From Candidatus Gottesmanbacteria bacterium (lineage in GTDB: Bacteria > Patescibacteriota > Microgenomatia > UBA10105 > UBA927), in contig CAWBPL010000001.1 in the NCBI GenBank assembly GCA_963790805.1, positions 1 to 32,025 on the forward strand: 32,025 nt of DNA, written 5' to 3'. This document shows positions 20,223 through 30,450 of this stretch, one piece after another (positions within the stretch are counted from its first letter, which is position 1; each line of letters begins with the position of its first letter). The notes beneath the pieces are model-generated. The model did no database searches. It was given only the letters and a program-made list of their open reading frames with translations, and was not told the DNA's origin. Made by a program: the position numbers and the translations under genes.

Positions 20223-21301
20223 AAGTCGCTATCGTTCGCGGAAAATTTCTCAATAAATATGAAATGCAGCTCTATGAGCCGCTCTTTCCTCGTTTTGACA
20301 TAACGGCATTCGGGTCACTCACGCCGTTTCAGGATACGTTTGCCTTCCCGACGGTGAAGCTTTTGTCCCCAATGGACTTGTCCTGCGAGCAGGATCTCGC
20401 TTCGCGAGACCGGTGTTGAACCGCCTGTTTACCGACGCGCATTACTTATTCGGACTGGAAAACCTGTTAAAAGGGTTTGACCTCGTGCACAGCGCGGAAA
20501 CGTATTTTCACTATACCCAGCAGTGTCTGAATGCCAAAAAAAGAGGCTATGTGAAAAAGGTGATCGCAACGGTGTATGAAAATATCCCGTTTAATAATGA
20601 AGGCATCTGGGGCCGGCGCGCCTTTAAAGCGCGGGCGCGGCGCGAACTCGATCACATAGTTGCCATTTCCCAAAAGGCAAAAGAGGCGCTGATTTTGGAA
20701 GGCGCGGACCCGAAAAAAATTTTGGTCATCGGACACTATATTGATACGAAGCGGTTCTTCCCAAAACCGCGGGTGCGGGCAAAAAAGCCTGGTCATTCTT
20801 TTTGTCGGCCGGCTTGAACGGGAGAAAGGTGTTCTTGATTTTATCAAGGCGGCGGAATTACTGAGGTCAGGATCATCATCTTGTCTTTCGCGTGGTTGGT
20901 GACGGCAGTTTGCGGTCAAAAATTCCGGTGTGGATGGAACGCGCCGAGGTGTCGTATGACGAGATGCCGACGGTGTATCAGGAAGCGGATATTTTTGTTG
21001 CACCGAGTAAGCCGATCCTGACATTTGCGGAGCAATTTCCATCGCGCTTCTTGAGGCGCAGGCTTCCGGACTGCCTATCGTTACTACACGGTGTGGCTCA
21101 ATTCCGGAAAATATAGGAGACGCCGGTATACTTGTAGAACCCGGAAATGTGCAGGAGATTGCTACAGCAATAAAAAAGTATATACTTAGCCCTACAAAAC
21201 GGTGCTACTTTGGTGCGCGTGCCCGAGAGCGTGCGGTACACGTTCATGACACGGCGATAGGTGCGAAAAAACTTGCCGCTCTGTACACCTCGTTATTTTA
21301 A
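20219..21301 (+). CDS. GT4 family glycosyltransferase (frameshifted; contains a palindromic segment at 20381-20409)
   Basis: MKVAIVRG, HIVAIS, IDTKRFFP, GRLEREKG, YQEADIFVAPS and LEAQASGLPIVTT. Confidence 0.85.
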
Positions 21302-22805
21302 TGGGAAAAAGAAGGTATATTACGCCGGTTCGGTTGCACTTTGTGCGTTTGCCAGCTCGTGGCAGGCGCTTACGTTCGGGTTTTGAAAAACGACTGGCAT
21401 TTGTTGTGGGAGGCGCTCTTCAGCCCCCGTTCATTTTACGATTTTTTACACCCTTCGCTCTTTGTCGAATTTATGGCACTGGCGCCGGTATTCGGCATGC
21501 ATCCGTTCTGGTGGCAGTTGACGGGCATCCTGCTCCGGATTCTGGTAGCGCTTGCGCTCGGTGCGTTTACACTGGAGCTTACCGGTTCAACCATAGCCGC
21601 GGGTATTGCGGGGTTGGGGTACGCCGCGACATTCGGAAGTCTGGACGCAACCACGTGGATTTCCGCCCACCACGTGCTCTGGTCCGCGCTTTTTCTTTGT
21701 ATCGCACTGACCCAGCTCCTCCGGTATTGTAAAAAAAATTCCGGCATGTCTTTGGGAATTTCCTTACTGTTTTTCTGCTTATTTTTATGTTCTGATCCGT
21801 ATCAGAATTTTACGGTTATTTTTTTGTTACCATTTATTCCGGTTCTTGCCGGTCAGACAAAAAAAGCCTGTGTCCGGTTTCTAAAAGTTGAAGGAGTGGC
21901 ATTGTTGGGAGCGGGGGCCGTGGGCGTACTGGTCATGCGCAGATTTATTTTCGGTTCGCAACTATATTTTCATCTGTTACAGCATCATTCACTTGGATAC
22001 ATCGTTTCAAAACTGTATCTTACCGGTAACTATTTTAATTCTCTTGCTAACCTTATGGTCGGATGGGCGATGCCGGTTTACGAAGAGGCCAGTACGGGCG
22101 ATAAACCGGCTTATGGCACGCGTCGGGTTTTTACTGCTGCTGTACGTCGTTGGCACGGCGCTTATGTACTGGAAAACAAAAGTCCGATGGGCTGCGATCA
22201 CATCGTTTGCAATTCTCTGGATATATGTTTTTTACGTGCCGGACTGGTTGTTTGAACCGAGGCTCACCATGGGTGGGACGCACCGGTATTTCGGTTTATC
22301 GGAAATCGGATTCATCTTGCTGGTCGCGTATATCCTCTCGCGGGTTAGAAACAGGACGGTCGTCGCCGCCCTTACCGGTATCTTTATACTGGGTAATATC
22401 ATAACGGCAAACAGACTCCTCTGGGCTGAGTCGCAATACCGTGATGCAGGGAGGGTGAACAGATTTTGGACCACCATAGATGCTTCTGTCGGATCCGTGC
22501 CAAAACCGGTTTTTGTATTTAGCGGAGAGGAACCGCTTCGCACATACAGTCTCGCACTTTCCGGAAGTTACCCGTTTGCGATAGCGCGGGGAATCACCGG
22601 TAAAGCGGACATCCCCGTTGTTACGGATGATCCAGGCGGTCTTGAGCGGCGGGTTTGCGACTATACCATGCCGCTGAACTATATTTTTTCGTTCCGTGTG
22701 ACGAATACAGGCACACTTGTAGATGACTCTCTGCCACTTCGGAAAGCAATCCTCATTCATGCAATGGACAACGGTTGCGTACCGACGATTATTTTGGCAA
22801 AGTGA
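21301..22805 (+). CDS. Polytopic membrane protein, probable GT-C fold (frameshifted)
   Basis: Overlapping hydrophobic ORFs 21341-22255 and 21888-22805, with N-terminal NDW and late HRYF motifs, inside a glycosylation cluster. Confidence 0.55.
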
Positions 22806-23828
22806 GCAGGAAGTAGATGATGGAAATGCCGTTGATGATCGTTAAAGGTCCGACGAGGGTGAGGAGGAAATGTGCCTGGGTAAATCGGTATTTGGCAATT
22901 GCCGTAAAAACATCGGCGACGCCTACTGAAAGAATCGGAAGTGTGTGACAAACATCCGGCCGGAATAGGACGCGCCCTGCCACCATGTGCTCCAACTTGC
23001 CACAATCCAAAGTTCCAGAAGAAACACGGCGAGAAACCAATATTTTTTACGGGTAACAAGACCGTATACGCCGATGGCGGTAACAGGCGTCCATAAAAAC
23101 AGTCCGCTCCGGACATCAAAGAGAACCCCGAATATTTGCGGGCGGAGAAAATTAAATCCTTCATTATGCGTCAGATACGGCGACAGGTAAAAGGCGCCGG
23201 TTGCGTGTTGCCACGCAAAAAGCTGCGGAGCAAAGAAAAGAAGAAATCCGATGATTCCTTTTATTGCGTCTGCCGGTTTTTTTAGGAAGGGTAAGATTAG
23301 TATTCCAAATACTAAGTCCTGCGGCCGCATGAGACCGATAAGGGCAAGCGCCGCGCCCAAGACAAACCAGTGAATCTTTTTGGAAAATGTGAGCGACAGG
23401 AATACGCATACGGCGAAAAATGAAAGCGCATGTGAGTTGACGGTATCCAGAGATCCGTAGAATAGGAGATTAGAAGCGCCCGCGATGGCGAGTGTTGCCA
23501 TGATGCTCACCGTGGCAGAGTGCTTTTGTATGAGGAGCCGGTAAATAAGAACGAGCCCGAACAGAGCCGCTGTCACGTCGGTAAGCCCTGCGGACAGCTC
23601 TTTCATGAATTCATTTGGAATCCGCAAAAGGTAGAAGGACGGCGCCCAAAAGAGCGCGGGGCCGACTGCGTATTTACTGGCTCTGCCGGAAAGCCACGCC
23701 CAGTAGTAGATGCCATCGCCGTAGACGGTTTTATGAAGGTAGAATGCATGCGCAAAAAATCCGAGGATATAGGCGGCGGCGATAATAAGAAAGATTGTGT
23801 TGATGGAAAGTTTATTAAGAATTTTCAT
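22789..23828 (-). CDS. Polytopic membrane protein, probable GT-C glycosyltransferase (frameshift near 22945)
   Basis: GDGIYYW, MRPQD, GLFLWTP and WWQGASYSGRMF, with multiple TM segments. Confidence 0.65.
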
Positions 23829-23845
23829 GTGATACAATGCAAGTA

Positions 23846-24628
23846 ATGCTAACGGCAATTATACTATCACACAACAGTGAAGTAACGGTTGAAAAAACAC
23901 TCGCAAGCCTTTCTTTTTGCGACGAACGAATCCTCATTGATGATAATTCCACCGACAGGACGCTTGATTTGGCTAAAAAATACGGGGTGGCCGTATATTC
24001 CCGGGAACTAAAAGGGGATTTCGCGGCACAGAGGAATTTCGGATTGGAAAAAGCGGGCGGGCCCGCCTCGACTCGCGGCGATTCGACGCGAGGCGGGGAG
24101 TGGGTACTTTTCGTAGACAGCGATGAGGTGGTTTCAAAAGAGCTGGCGAAAGAAATTCAGGATTCACTTTCTATAGACTGCGCGGGGTTTTATCTGAAAC
24201 GGCAGGACTGGATGTTCGGGAGTAAAATTCTACACGGGGAAACCAACAGAGTGCGGCTCTTGCGCTTTGCGAAAAAGAATGCGGGCTTGTGGCGGCGGCC
24301 TGTGCATGAGGTGTGGGATGTAAAAGGAACGGTCGGTACACTTGAGACACCACTCGATCACTTCCCCCATCCTGACGTCGCACAATTTGTTGAAGATATT
24401 AATGTCTATTCAACACTCAATGCTAAATTTATGTATAGAGAAAATGTTCGCGCGCCTCTTTTGCATATCATCCTGTATCCGGCGGCGAAGTTTTTTGTTG
24501 ATTATATCTGGTACGGCGGATTTCTGGACGGGACTGCGGGGGCAGTCATCGCGCTTATGATGAGTATGCATTCGTTCCTGACGCGCGCAAAACTGTGGCT
24601 TCTCATACATCAACATGAAACTGCTTAG
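23846..24628 (+). CDS. GT2 family glycosyltransferase (WaaE/LgtF-like beta-1,4-glucosyltransferase) with a 12-aa palindrome-derived insert
   Basis: DDNSTDRT, DFAAQRNFGL, WVLFVDSDE, VHE and GFLDG. Extended -10 lies 7 nt before ATG 23846. Confidence 0.9.
   Translation: MLTAIILSHNSEVTVEKTLASLSFCDERILIDDNSTDRTLDLAKKYGVAVYSRELKGDFAAQRNFGLEKAGGPASTRGDSTRGGEWVLFVDSDEVVSKELAKEIQDSLSIDCAGFYLKRQDWMFGSKILHGETNRVRLLRFAKKNAGLWRRPVHEVWDVKGTVGTLETPLDHFPHPDVAQFVEDINVYSTLNAKFMYRENVRAPLLHIILYPAAKFFVDYIWYGGFLDGTAGAVIALMMSMHSFLTRAKLWLLIHQHETA
24062..24097. repeat. 36-nt palindromic element inserted in frame (PASTRGDSTRGG)
   Basis: Perfect 9-bp terminal inverted repeat CCCGCCTCG/CGAGGCGGG. Removing it restores KAGG-EWVLFVD. 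Confidence 0.85.
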
Positions 24629-25763
24629 TGCGCTCTTTTTAGCAAGTTTGCTCCTCGGACAAATCGGCGGCATTCCGGTGTACCCCGGTGTCGTTATTTA
24701 TATTCACGACATACTTCTCGTCATTCTTCTGGTGGAAGGATTTGTGCAATATGCCATGCGGGGTACATTAGTGAAGCCGAAACTTTTCGGAGCAATTGCC
24801 CTTTTTACAGGAGTAGCCGTGATTTCCCTGCTTGCCAATTCCGGTATCTTCCCGTTATTTTCTCTTGAAATAAGCGGCCTGTATCTGGTGCGGTGGGTGT
24901 TTTATGCATTATCGTATGTGCTCGTCGTTCAGGAATTTGTGGCGCCTTGGTTATGGCTTTTGGGATTATATCTCACGGGTGTGGGACTTGCACTCCTCGG
25001 ATTTGTGCAGTTTTTCCTGTATCCGGATTTACGGAATTTGTCGTATCTTGGCTGGGACCCGCATTTTTACCGGTTGTTCAGCACGTTTTTAGATCCGAAT
25101 TTTGCGGGTATCTATCTCGTGCTGACATTTTGTTTAGGTATCTATTTTTGGCATGCTAAAAAGTTCCGCCTTTATATCGCGCTCGGAGAAGTGGTAACGC
25201 TTCTTGGATTATTCCTCACTTATTCCCGAAGTAGCTTTCTTGCGTTTTTAGCAGTGATTGTCGTTTTTGCGTTGTATAAAAAAAGTTGGATGTTGTGGGC
25301 TGCGATGGGAGCGTTTATTATCGCTGTTATTTTCTTTCCAAAAATGCCAGCGAGTGCACTTTCACTCTTGCGGAGTGACTCTGCATTTGCCCGCATCGGG
25401 AACTGGCAGGACGGAATAAAACTAATGGGCGAGGCACCGGTCTTCGGTCACGGATTTGACACCCTCCGGTATTTGACGACGGTCGCCCCGAATACCATTT
25501 CAAAAGCTGCAGCCGGTTTGGACAGCAGCATCCTTTTCGTCGGTGCAACGACCGGTTTTATCGGTCTTGCCGCTTACGGATACCTTATTTTTTCCATGCT
25601 AAAAATCGGTAGAAAAAATATTGTATATATTGCCAGTTTTGTTGCGCTCGGTGTAGACAGTTTTTTTGTAAACAGCGCGTTTTACCCGTGGATATTGATT
25701 TGGTTTTGGATACTTACAGGAGTATTAGAGAGATCCTTCGACTCGAAGACTCGCTCAGGGTGA
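24615..25763 (+). CDS. O-antigen ligase (WaaL/Wzy_C) family membrane protein
   Basis: RLFSTFLDPN, TYSRSS, RIGNW and PVFGHG, with about 12 hydrophobic segments. Confidence 0.88.
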   Translation: MKLLSALFLASLLLGQIGGIPVYPGVVIYIHDILLVILLVEGFVQYAMRGTLVKPKLFGAIALFTGVAVISLLANSGIFPLFSLEISGLYLVRWVFYALSYVLVVQEFVAPWLWLLGLYLTGVGLALLGFVQFFLYPDLRNLSYLGWDPHFYRLFSTFLDPNFAGIYLVLTFCLGIYFWHAKKFRLYIALGEVVTLLGLFLTYSRSSFLAFLAVIVVFALYKKSWMLWAAMGAFIIAVIFFPKMPASALSLLRSDSAFARIGNWQDGIKLMGEAPVFGHGFDTLRYLTTVAPNTISKAAAGLDSSILFVGATTGFIGLAAYGYLIFSMLKIGRKNIVYIASFVALGVDSFFVNSAFYPWILIWFWILTGVLERSFDSKTRSG

Positions 25764-25764
25764 C
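25732..25764. repeat. Palindromic REP-like element supplying the C-terminus and stop codon of the ligase gene
   Basis: GATCCTTCGACTCGAAGACTCGCTCAGGGTGAC, related to GATCCTCGACTTCGCTCGGGA at 4507-4527. Confidence 0.65.
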
Positions 25765-25767
25765 ATA

Positions 25768-26481
25768 TCAATGATGATATGTCACCTTCTTGGTGACGGT
25801 AATCTGGTTGCCGGCGGCGTCGGTCGCTACAATCGTCAGTGTGTTATCCCCGTCGTTGAGTGGATACGTGTAACTAAAGCTGTCGTCACTCGCGACAACT
25901 ACCATGTGTCCGTTTATCGTGACTGCGACATTATCATCCGTCATGCCGGACACGGTAACGCTCGATGGGTCTCCGTTTATGGTCGCATTGTCATCCGGCG
26001 CGCTGATAATGAGCTTCGGCGGCTTATTAATGTACGTGACGGAAACGATATTTGATGCATCACTGGTGTTCCCTTTGGTATCGGAAAGTTTTGCGCTTAT
26101 GGTATTGTTGCCGCTCGTTAGCGCGACGTCGGGGATGGAAAAATTGCCGTTGGTTGGCACCGAGACAGTGTTGGACTCGGCGTTATTTATGTACAAGGTG
26201 AGCGATAAATTGGGTTGTCCTTTGCCGGTTACCGCAATGGCGGCTGTGTTTGTGGCTGTCGCGGGCGGGTCCAGCACAGGAGGAAGAATAACAGAGGGAT
26301 TTTGTGTGGGTGTGGTTTGCGTGACGGTTTTCGATTTTTCCACAAACAGGCTGAAACCGATAAGGAGTTTCAGGCCAAACGTGCCGACAAGGATCAGAAT
26401 GACGACGATGCCGAAAATTGCCAGCACCAGCCGCCGTTTTTCCTTCTTTTCCTCAAGTCGTGATAATCGTGAAATCGGCAT
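25768..26481 (-). CDS. Membrane-anchored protein with two bacterial Ig-like domains
   Basis: Basic N-terminus and TM helix, then repeats L..G.N.I...(A/S)D..GN (LTSGNNTISAKLSDTKGN; LNDGDNTLTIVATDAAGN). Confidence 0.8.
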   Translation of the reverse strand: MPISRLSRLEEKKEKRRLVLAIFGIVVILILVGTFGLKLLIGFSLFVEKSKTVTQTTPTQNPSVILPPVLDPPATATNTAAIAVTGKGQPNLSLTLYINNAESNTVSVPTNGNFSIPDVALTSGNNTISAKLSDTKGNTSDASNIVSVTYINKPPKLIISAPDDNATINGDPSSVTVSGMTDDNVAVTINGHMVVVASDDSFSYTYPLNDGDNTLTIVATDAAGNQITVTKKVTYHH

Positions 26482-26489
26482 ACGAGCCT

Positions 26490-26816
26490 TTACAAACTTA
26501 TTGGCAGATGGAGATGCTTTTCAATTTTTTCAAACCTGTCGTCGTGTTTGGCGAGTTTATCAGAATTGAGCGTCTGTTCCTGCTGATAGGATTGTATGCC
26601 TCCTGCTATTTTATCAACCGTTACCATAATTTTATCAAGTGTATCTAAACGGTGTTTTAGTTCTCCTAAATCTATGAGATTCTGTTCATTTTCCCGAAGG
26701 ATTCGCCCGACGTCATCAATTTGATCTAAAGCCTTTTGATTTTTATTGATAAGTATTTTTAATTCTTGAACGTCTTTTTTGGTTGCATTCACGGAAGAAG
26801 CAGTAGTTTTTTTCAT
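26490..26816 (-). CDS. Hypothetical coiled-coil protein
   Basis: ORF from MKKTTAS with a heptad-like pattern, ending HDDRFEKIEKHLHL. Confidence 0.65.
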   Translation of the reverse strand: MKKTTASSVNATKKDVQELKILINKNQKALDQIDDVGRILRENEQNLIDLGELKHRLDTLDKIMVTVDKIAGGIQSYQQEQTLNSDKLAKHDDRFEKIEKHLHLPISL

Positions 26817-26885
26817 AATACGTTTTATAATACCACTATACCACAAATTTGGTACAATATGCGTAGCGCCTATCTGCGCAGGCAG

Positions 26886-26956
26886 GCCTCCTTAGCTCAA
26901 CGGCAGAGCAGCGGTATCGTAAACCGTAGATGTCAGTCCAATTCTGACAGGAGGCT
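26886..26956 (+). tRNA. tRNA-Thr(CGT)
   Basis: Acceptor GCCTCCT/AGGAGGC, anticodon arm GCGGT-ATCGTAA-ACCGT, T arm GTCAG-TCCAATT-CTGAC. Confidence 0.85.
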
Positions 26957-27303
26957 CAGATTTTTGCAAATCCATTAAAGTGAATTTTTCCGTCTGTTTT
27001 ATTATAAACCTCGATCACAAGATATTTACCCTTTGTCCATGGTTGACCGTGAACCAAAATATGAGTTGCTTCAAGAATCCGGATACTCGCTACCGGTTTA
27101 CTTAATTTCTGGTTCCCTTTGGTAATGAGTAAAGGGATTTCTCCCTCGAGCCAGTAATTCCGTTGGCCTTTTTTAGCGAAGGCGTACGAGCCGCCGGCTA
27201 CAAGCTTTTGCGGTATGCATTCTTCGATAGCCCTATTTCCTTTTTTGAATTCAGAAAATGCTCGAAGTGCTAAATCCGGATTGTATTCTGTAACTATACC
27301 CAT
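26956..27303 (-). CDS. Conserved-looking hypothetical protein (115 aa)
   Basis: Intact ORF just downstream of tRNA-Gly, with globular composition. No family could be assigned with confidence. Confidence 0.7.
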   Translation of the reverse strand: MGIVTEYNPDLALRAFSEFKKGNRAIEECIPQKLVAGGSYAFAKKGQRNYWLEGEIPLLITKGNQKLSKPVASIRILEATHILVHGQPWTKGKYLVIEVYNKTDGKIHFNGFAKI

Positions 27304-27314
27304 AATTTTACCTG

Positions 27315-27385
27315 AGCGGGTAAAGGGAATCGAACCCTCTTCCTCTCCTTGGGAAGGAGATATACTACCAGTGTACTATACCCGC
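27315..27385 (-). tRNA. tRNA-Gly(CCC)
   Basis: Reverse complement GCGGGTA...TCTCC-TTCCCAA-GGAGA...GAGGG-TTCGATT-CCCTT-TACCCGC-T. Confidence 0.93.
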
Positions 27386-27436
27386 GATACGTGCAAGCCG
27401 TATGGCTTACTCATAATTGTATACAATTATTCTTCG

Positions 27437-27972
27437 TTACGGCATTGTCAGGACGTTTCCTGCAAAAATGACGTCCGGATTTGTAAGATTATTTGCTTTT
27501 GCAATATCTACCCAGCGATATCCGTCGTCTGTATTCGTTTACCGCGATGGTCCACAGATTATCGCCATGCACAACTGTATAGGATTTTTTCGTATCTTTC
27601 GGTTTCGTCGTGCCGGCGTGAGCTGAGCGATGGAATAGTAAGTGTTTGCCCGACATCAATGCTGTCGGGATTCGCAAGTGCGTTTGCTTTAGCAATATCT
27701 ACCCAGTTATATCCGCTTTTGTACTGATTCTCGGCAATGGACCAGAGTGTATCACCGGACTTTAACCACGTATTTGGCCGGAAGTGCGGTGCCTGCGGTT
27801 ATCGATGCGGCGGTCCCTGTCTGTTCCTGTTTGGCGTACTCGTCGCTACCTGCGTTTTCGATTTAACGTAATTGACGACCGTCATGCCGATGACAAGAAC
27901 CACGGCAAGACCGAGCGCGAGCGATACTAAAGAATCTGTCGAATCAAACTTTGCTTGTAATGTTTTCCACAT
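27437..27972 (-). CDS. Membrane-anchored protein with two LysM domains (frameshifted)
   Basis: N-terminal TM (LALGLAVVLVIGM), then GDTLWSIAENQYKSGYNWVDIAKAN...VGQTLTIP and YTVVHGDNLWTIA...WVDIAKANNLTNPDVIFAGNVLTMP. Confidence 0.85.
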
Positions 27973-28005
27973 AGTTCCTCCATTCCAGGCAGAAGTTGTT
28001 GGCAG

Positions 28006-28083
28006 TGGCGGGACCGACCGGGTTCGGACCGGCGACCTTCTCCTTGACAGGGAGACGCTCTAACCAGGCTGAGCTACGATCCC
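28006..28083 (-). tRNA. tRNA-Asp(GTC)
   Basis: Reverse complement GGGATCG...TCTCC-CTGTCAA-GGAGA...GCCGG-TCCGAAC-CCGGT-CGGTCCC-G-CCA. Confidence 0.93.
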
Positions 28084-28124
28084 AGAGCTCGTCAATTATA
28101 CAACAATATGATACTCTAATGAAA

Positions 28125-29889
28125 ATGACGAATTTGGAAATAGCAGAACTCCTTCAGGCGCGTGGCCGCGGCGTACCAGATTTTGGGTGAAAACCGTTTC
28201 CGTATTATCGCCTATGAACGGGCCGCCGATAGCGTCGAACACCTGACAAGTGAACTCAAGGATTACTGGGACGATAAGAAGCTAACTGAAATTCCGGGGG
28301 TCGGAGAAACGCTTGCCGGACATCTGGATGAGCTTTTCCGTACCGGTCACTCGAAACATTTTGACAGTGTGATGGCAAAACTTCCTCAGGCAATTTTCCC
28401 GCTTCTTCTTGTCCCCGGCATCGGGCCAAAAAAAGCATACCGGCTGGTGACTGAGTTTAAATTTAAAAGTGAAAAAACAGTGGTTGAAGATCTCGAAAAA
28501 GTCGCCAAGGCACATAAAATAGCGCCGCTTGAAGGGTTTGGTGAAAAATCCGAAGCGGATATTCTTGCAAATATCGAAATTTACCGCCGGGGACAAATTA
28601 AAGAAAACCGCATGGCGCTCCCGCTTGCCGATTCTGTCGCACAGGATATTATTTCGTTTCTCCAGAAGTTGCCGTCGGTTAAAAAAATGAACGTTTTAGG
28701 GAGTTTACGCCGTCAGGTTCAGTACAATAGGAGATATTGATATTGCGGTCGCGACCACCAGCCCAAAGAAATTATTGCCCATTTCCTCACGTATCCGCAT
28801 CAGGAAATTATTGAAGAAGGGCCGACAGGTGCCTCCGTCCGGCTCCACAACGGCCGGCAGGTGGATTTACGGGTGCAAAAGCCGGAGCTTTACGGCGCGA
28901 TGCTCCAGTATTTTACCGGAAGCAAAAATCATAATATAGCCCTCCGGTCTTTGGCACTTACAAAAGGTCTGTCGTTAAACGAATACGGTATTAAACACGT
29001 TTCTACCGGCAAAGTGGATGCATATGCAACAGAGGAAGCGTTTTATAAGGCGATCGGACTTGATTGGATTCCTCCGGAGCTTCGGGAAGATCAGGGGGAA
29101 ATTGAAGCGGCGCGAAAAGGAAAACTTCCAAAACTTGTGGAAGCGAAAGATATCAAAGGAGATTTACATATTCATCGGATTACGATTTGAGCCGTCGCAT
29201 GATCTGGGGGCAAGTTCGTTTGAAGAATTATTAGAAAACGCGGCGCGATTTGGGGTACGAATATATCGGGATAAGCGACCATAATCCGAGTCTGGGAAAC
29301 CATACTGAAAAGCAAATTATTGAAATTATGAAGAAAGCGAAAAGAATATTTATGCGAAAAAAACATGACGCTCTCGGGTGTCACTATCTTTCTTTCCTGC
29401 GAAGTAGATATTTTTCCGGACGGGACGTTGGCGTTACCGGAGGCGCATTTGAATACGTTGACGGCGTGATTGTTTCCATTCATTCGGCCTTTACTCAAGA
29501 CCGGAAAACCGTAACCAAGCGGATTATTTCGGCGCTCTTGCCAATCCCAAAGTCCGCATTTTCGGTCATCCGACCGGAAGACTTTTGGGGAAACGTGAAG
29601 GAGTGGATGCTGACTGGCATGAGGTATTTGCGGTGTGTAAAGAGCGGGATATAGCGCTCGAGATAAATGCGGGACCGGAGACGTCTGGATTTGCCGGATA
29701 TTCTTGTGTACGACGCTGTACATAAGGGGTTGAAATTTGTTATCAATACTGATGCGCATGATGTCGGTGGCATGGACTTTATGCGCTACGGGGTTTCGGT
29801 TGCGCGGCCGCGGGTGGTGCACCTCTCATGACATTCTCAACACGTTGGGGTATAATGATTTTAGAAATTGGTTTGTCAAAGGAGGCTAG
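28125..29889 (+). CDS. polX: DNA polymerase X with C-terminal PHP domain (frameshifted)
   Basis: [17 protein letters not shown], HhH motifs IPGVGE and [26 protein letters not shown] and PPELRED. PHP motifs DLHIH, SDH, LEIN and NTDAH. Confidence 0.92.
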
Positions 29890-29890
29890 C

Positions 29891-30444
29891 ATGAATGCAA
29901 TGTATATTCTTATAGGTGTTATCGTTTTAGTTGTTCTCTATGTGTGGTCGCTCTATAACGGACTTGTTACGCTCAAAATGCACATTGATGAGGCGTGGAG
30001 CCAGATTGACGTGCAGTTAAAGCGCCGCGCAGACCTGATTCCCAATCTGGTCGAAACCGTGAAAGGCTACGCCAAACACGAAAAATCCATTATGACTGCG
30101 GTAACGGATGCGCACAAAGCCATGCTGGCGCCCAGACGATGTCGGCGAAGGCCAAAGCGAGTGATGTACTTTCGGGCGCGCTCGGAAAACTTCTGGCGAT
30201 TGCCGAAAATTATCCGCATCTTAAAGCCAACGATGGTTTTATCGAGCTCCAAAAAGAGCTTTCCGATACTGAGGATAAAGTGGCTTATTCACGCCAGTAT
30301 TACAATAACTCAGTGATGGAGTTTAATACAAAAATTAAACTGTTCCCGAATTCACTCGTTGCGAATAATCTCGGGTTCACCGATAAGGAATTCTTCGGCG
30401 CATCGGATGCTGATCGTCAGCCCGTTAAGGTGAATTTCGAGTAA
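29891..30444 (+). CDS. lemA: LemA family protein (one frameshift)
   Basis: SD GGAGG. YNGLV...[39 protein letters not shown] and RQYYN...FP. Confidence 0.95.
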
Positions 30445-30450
30445 TCTTGT

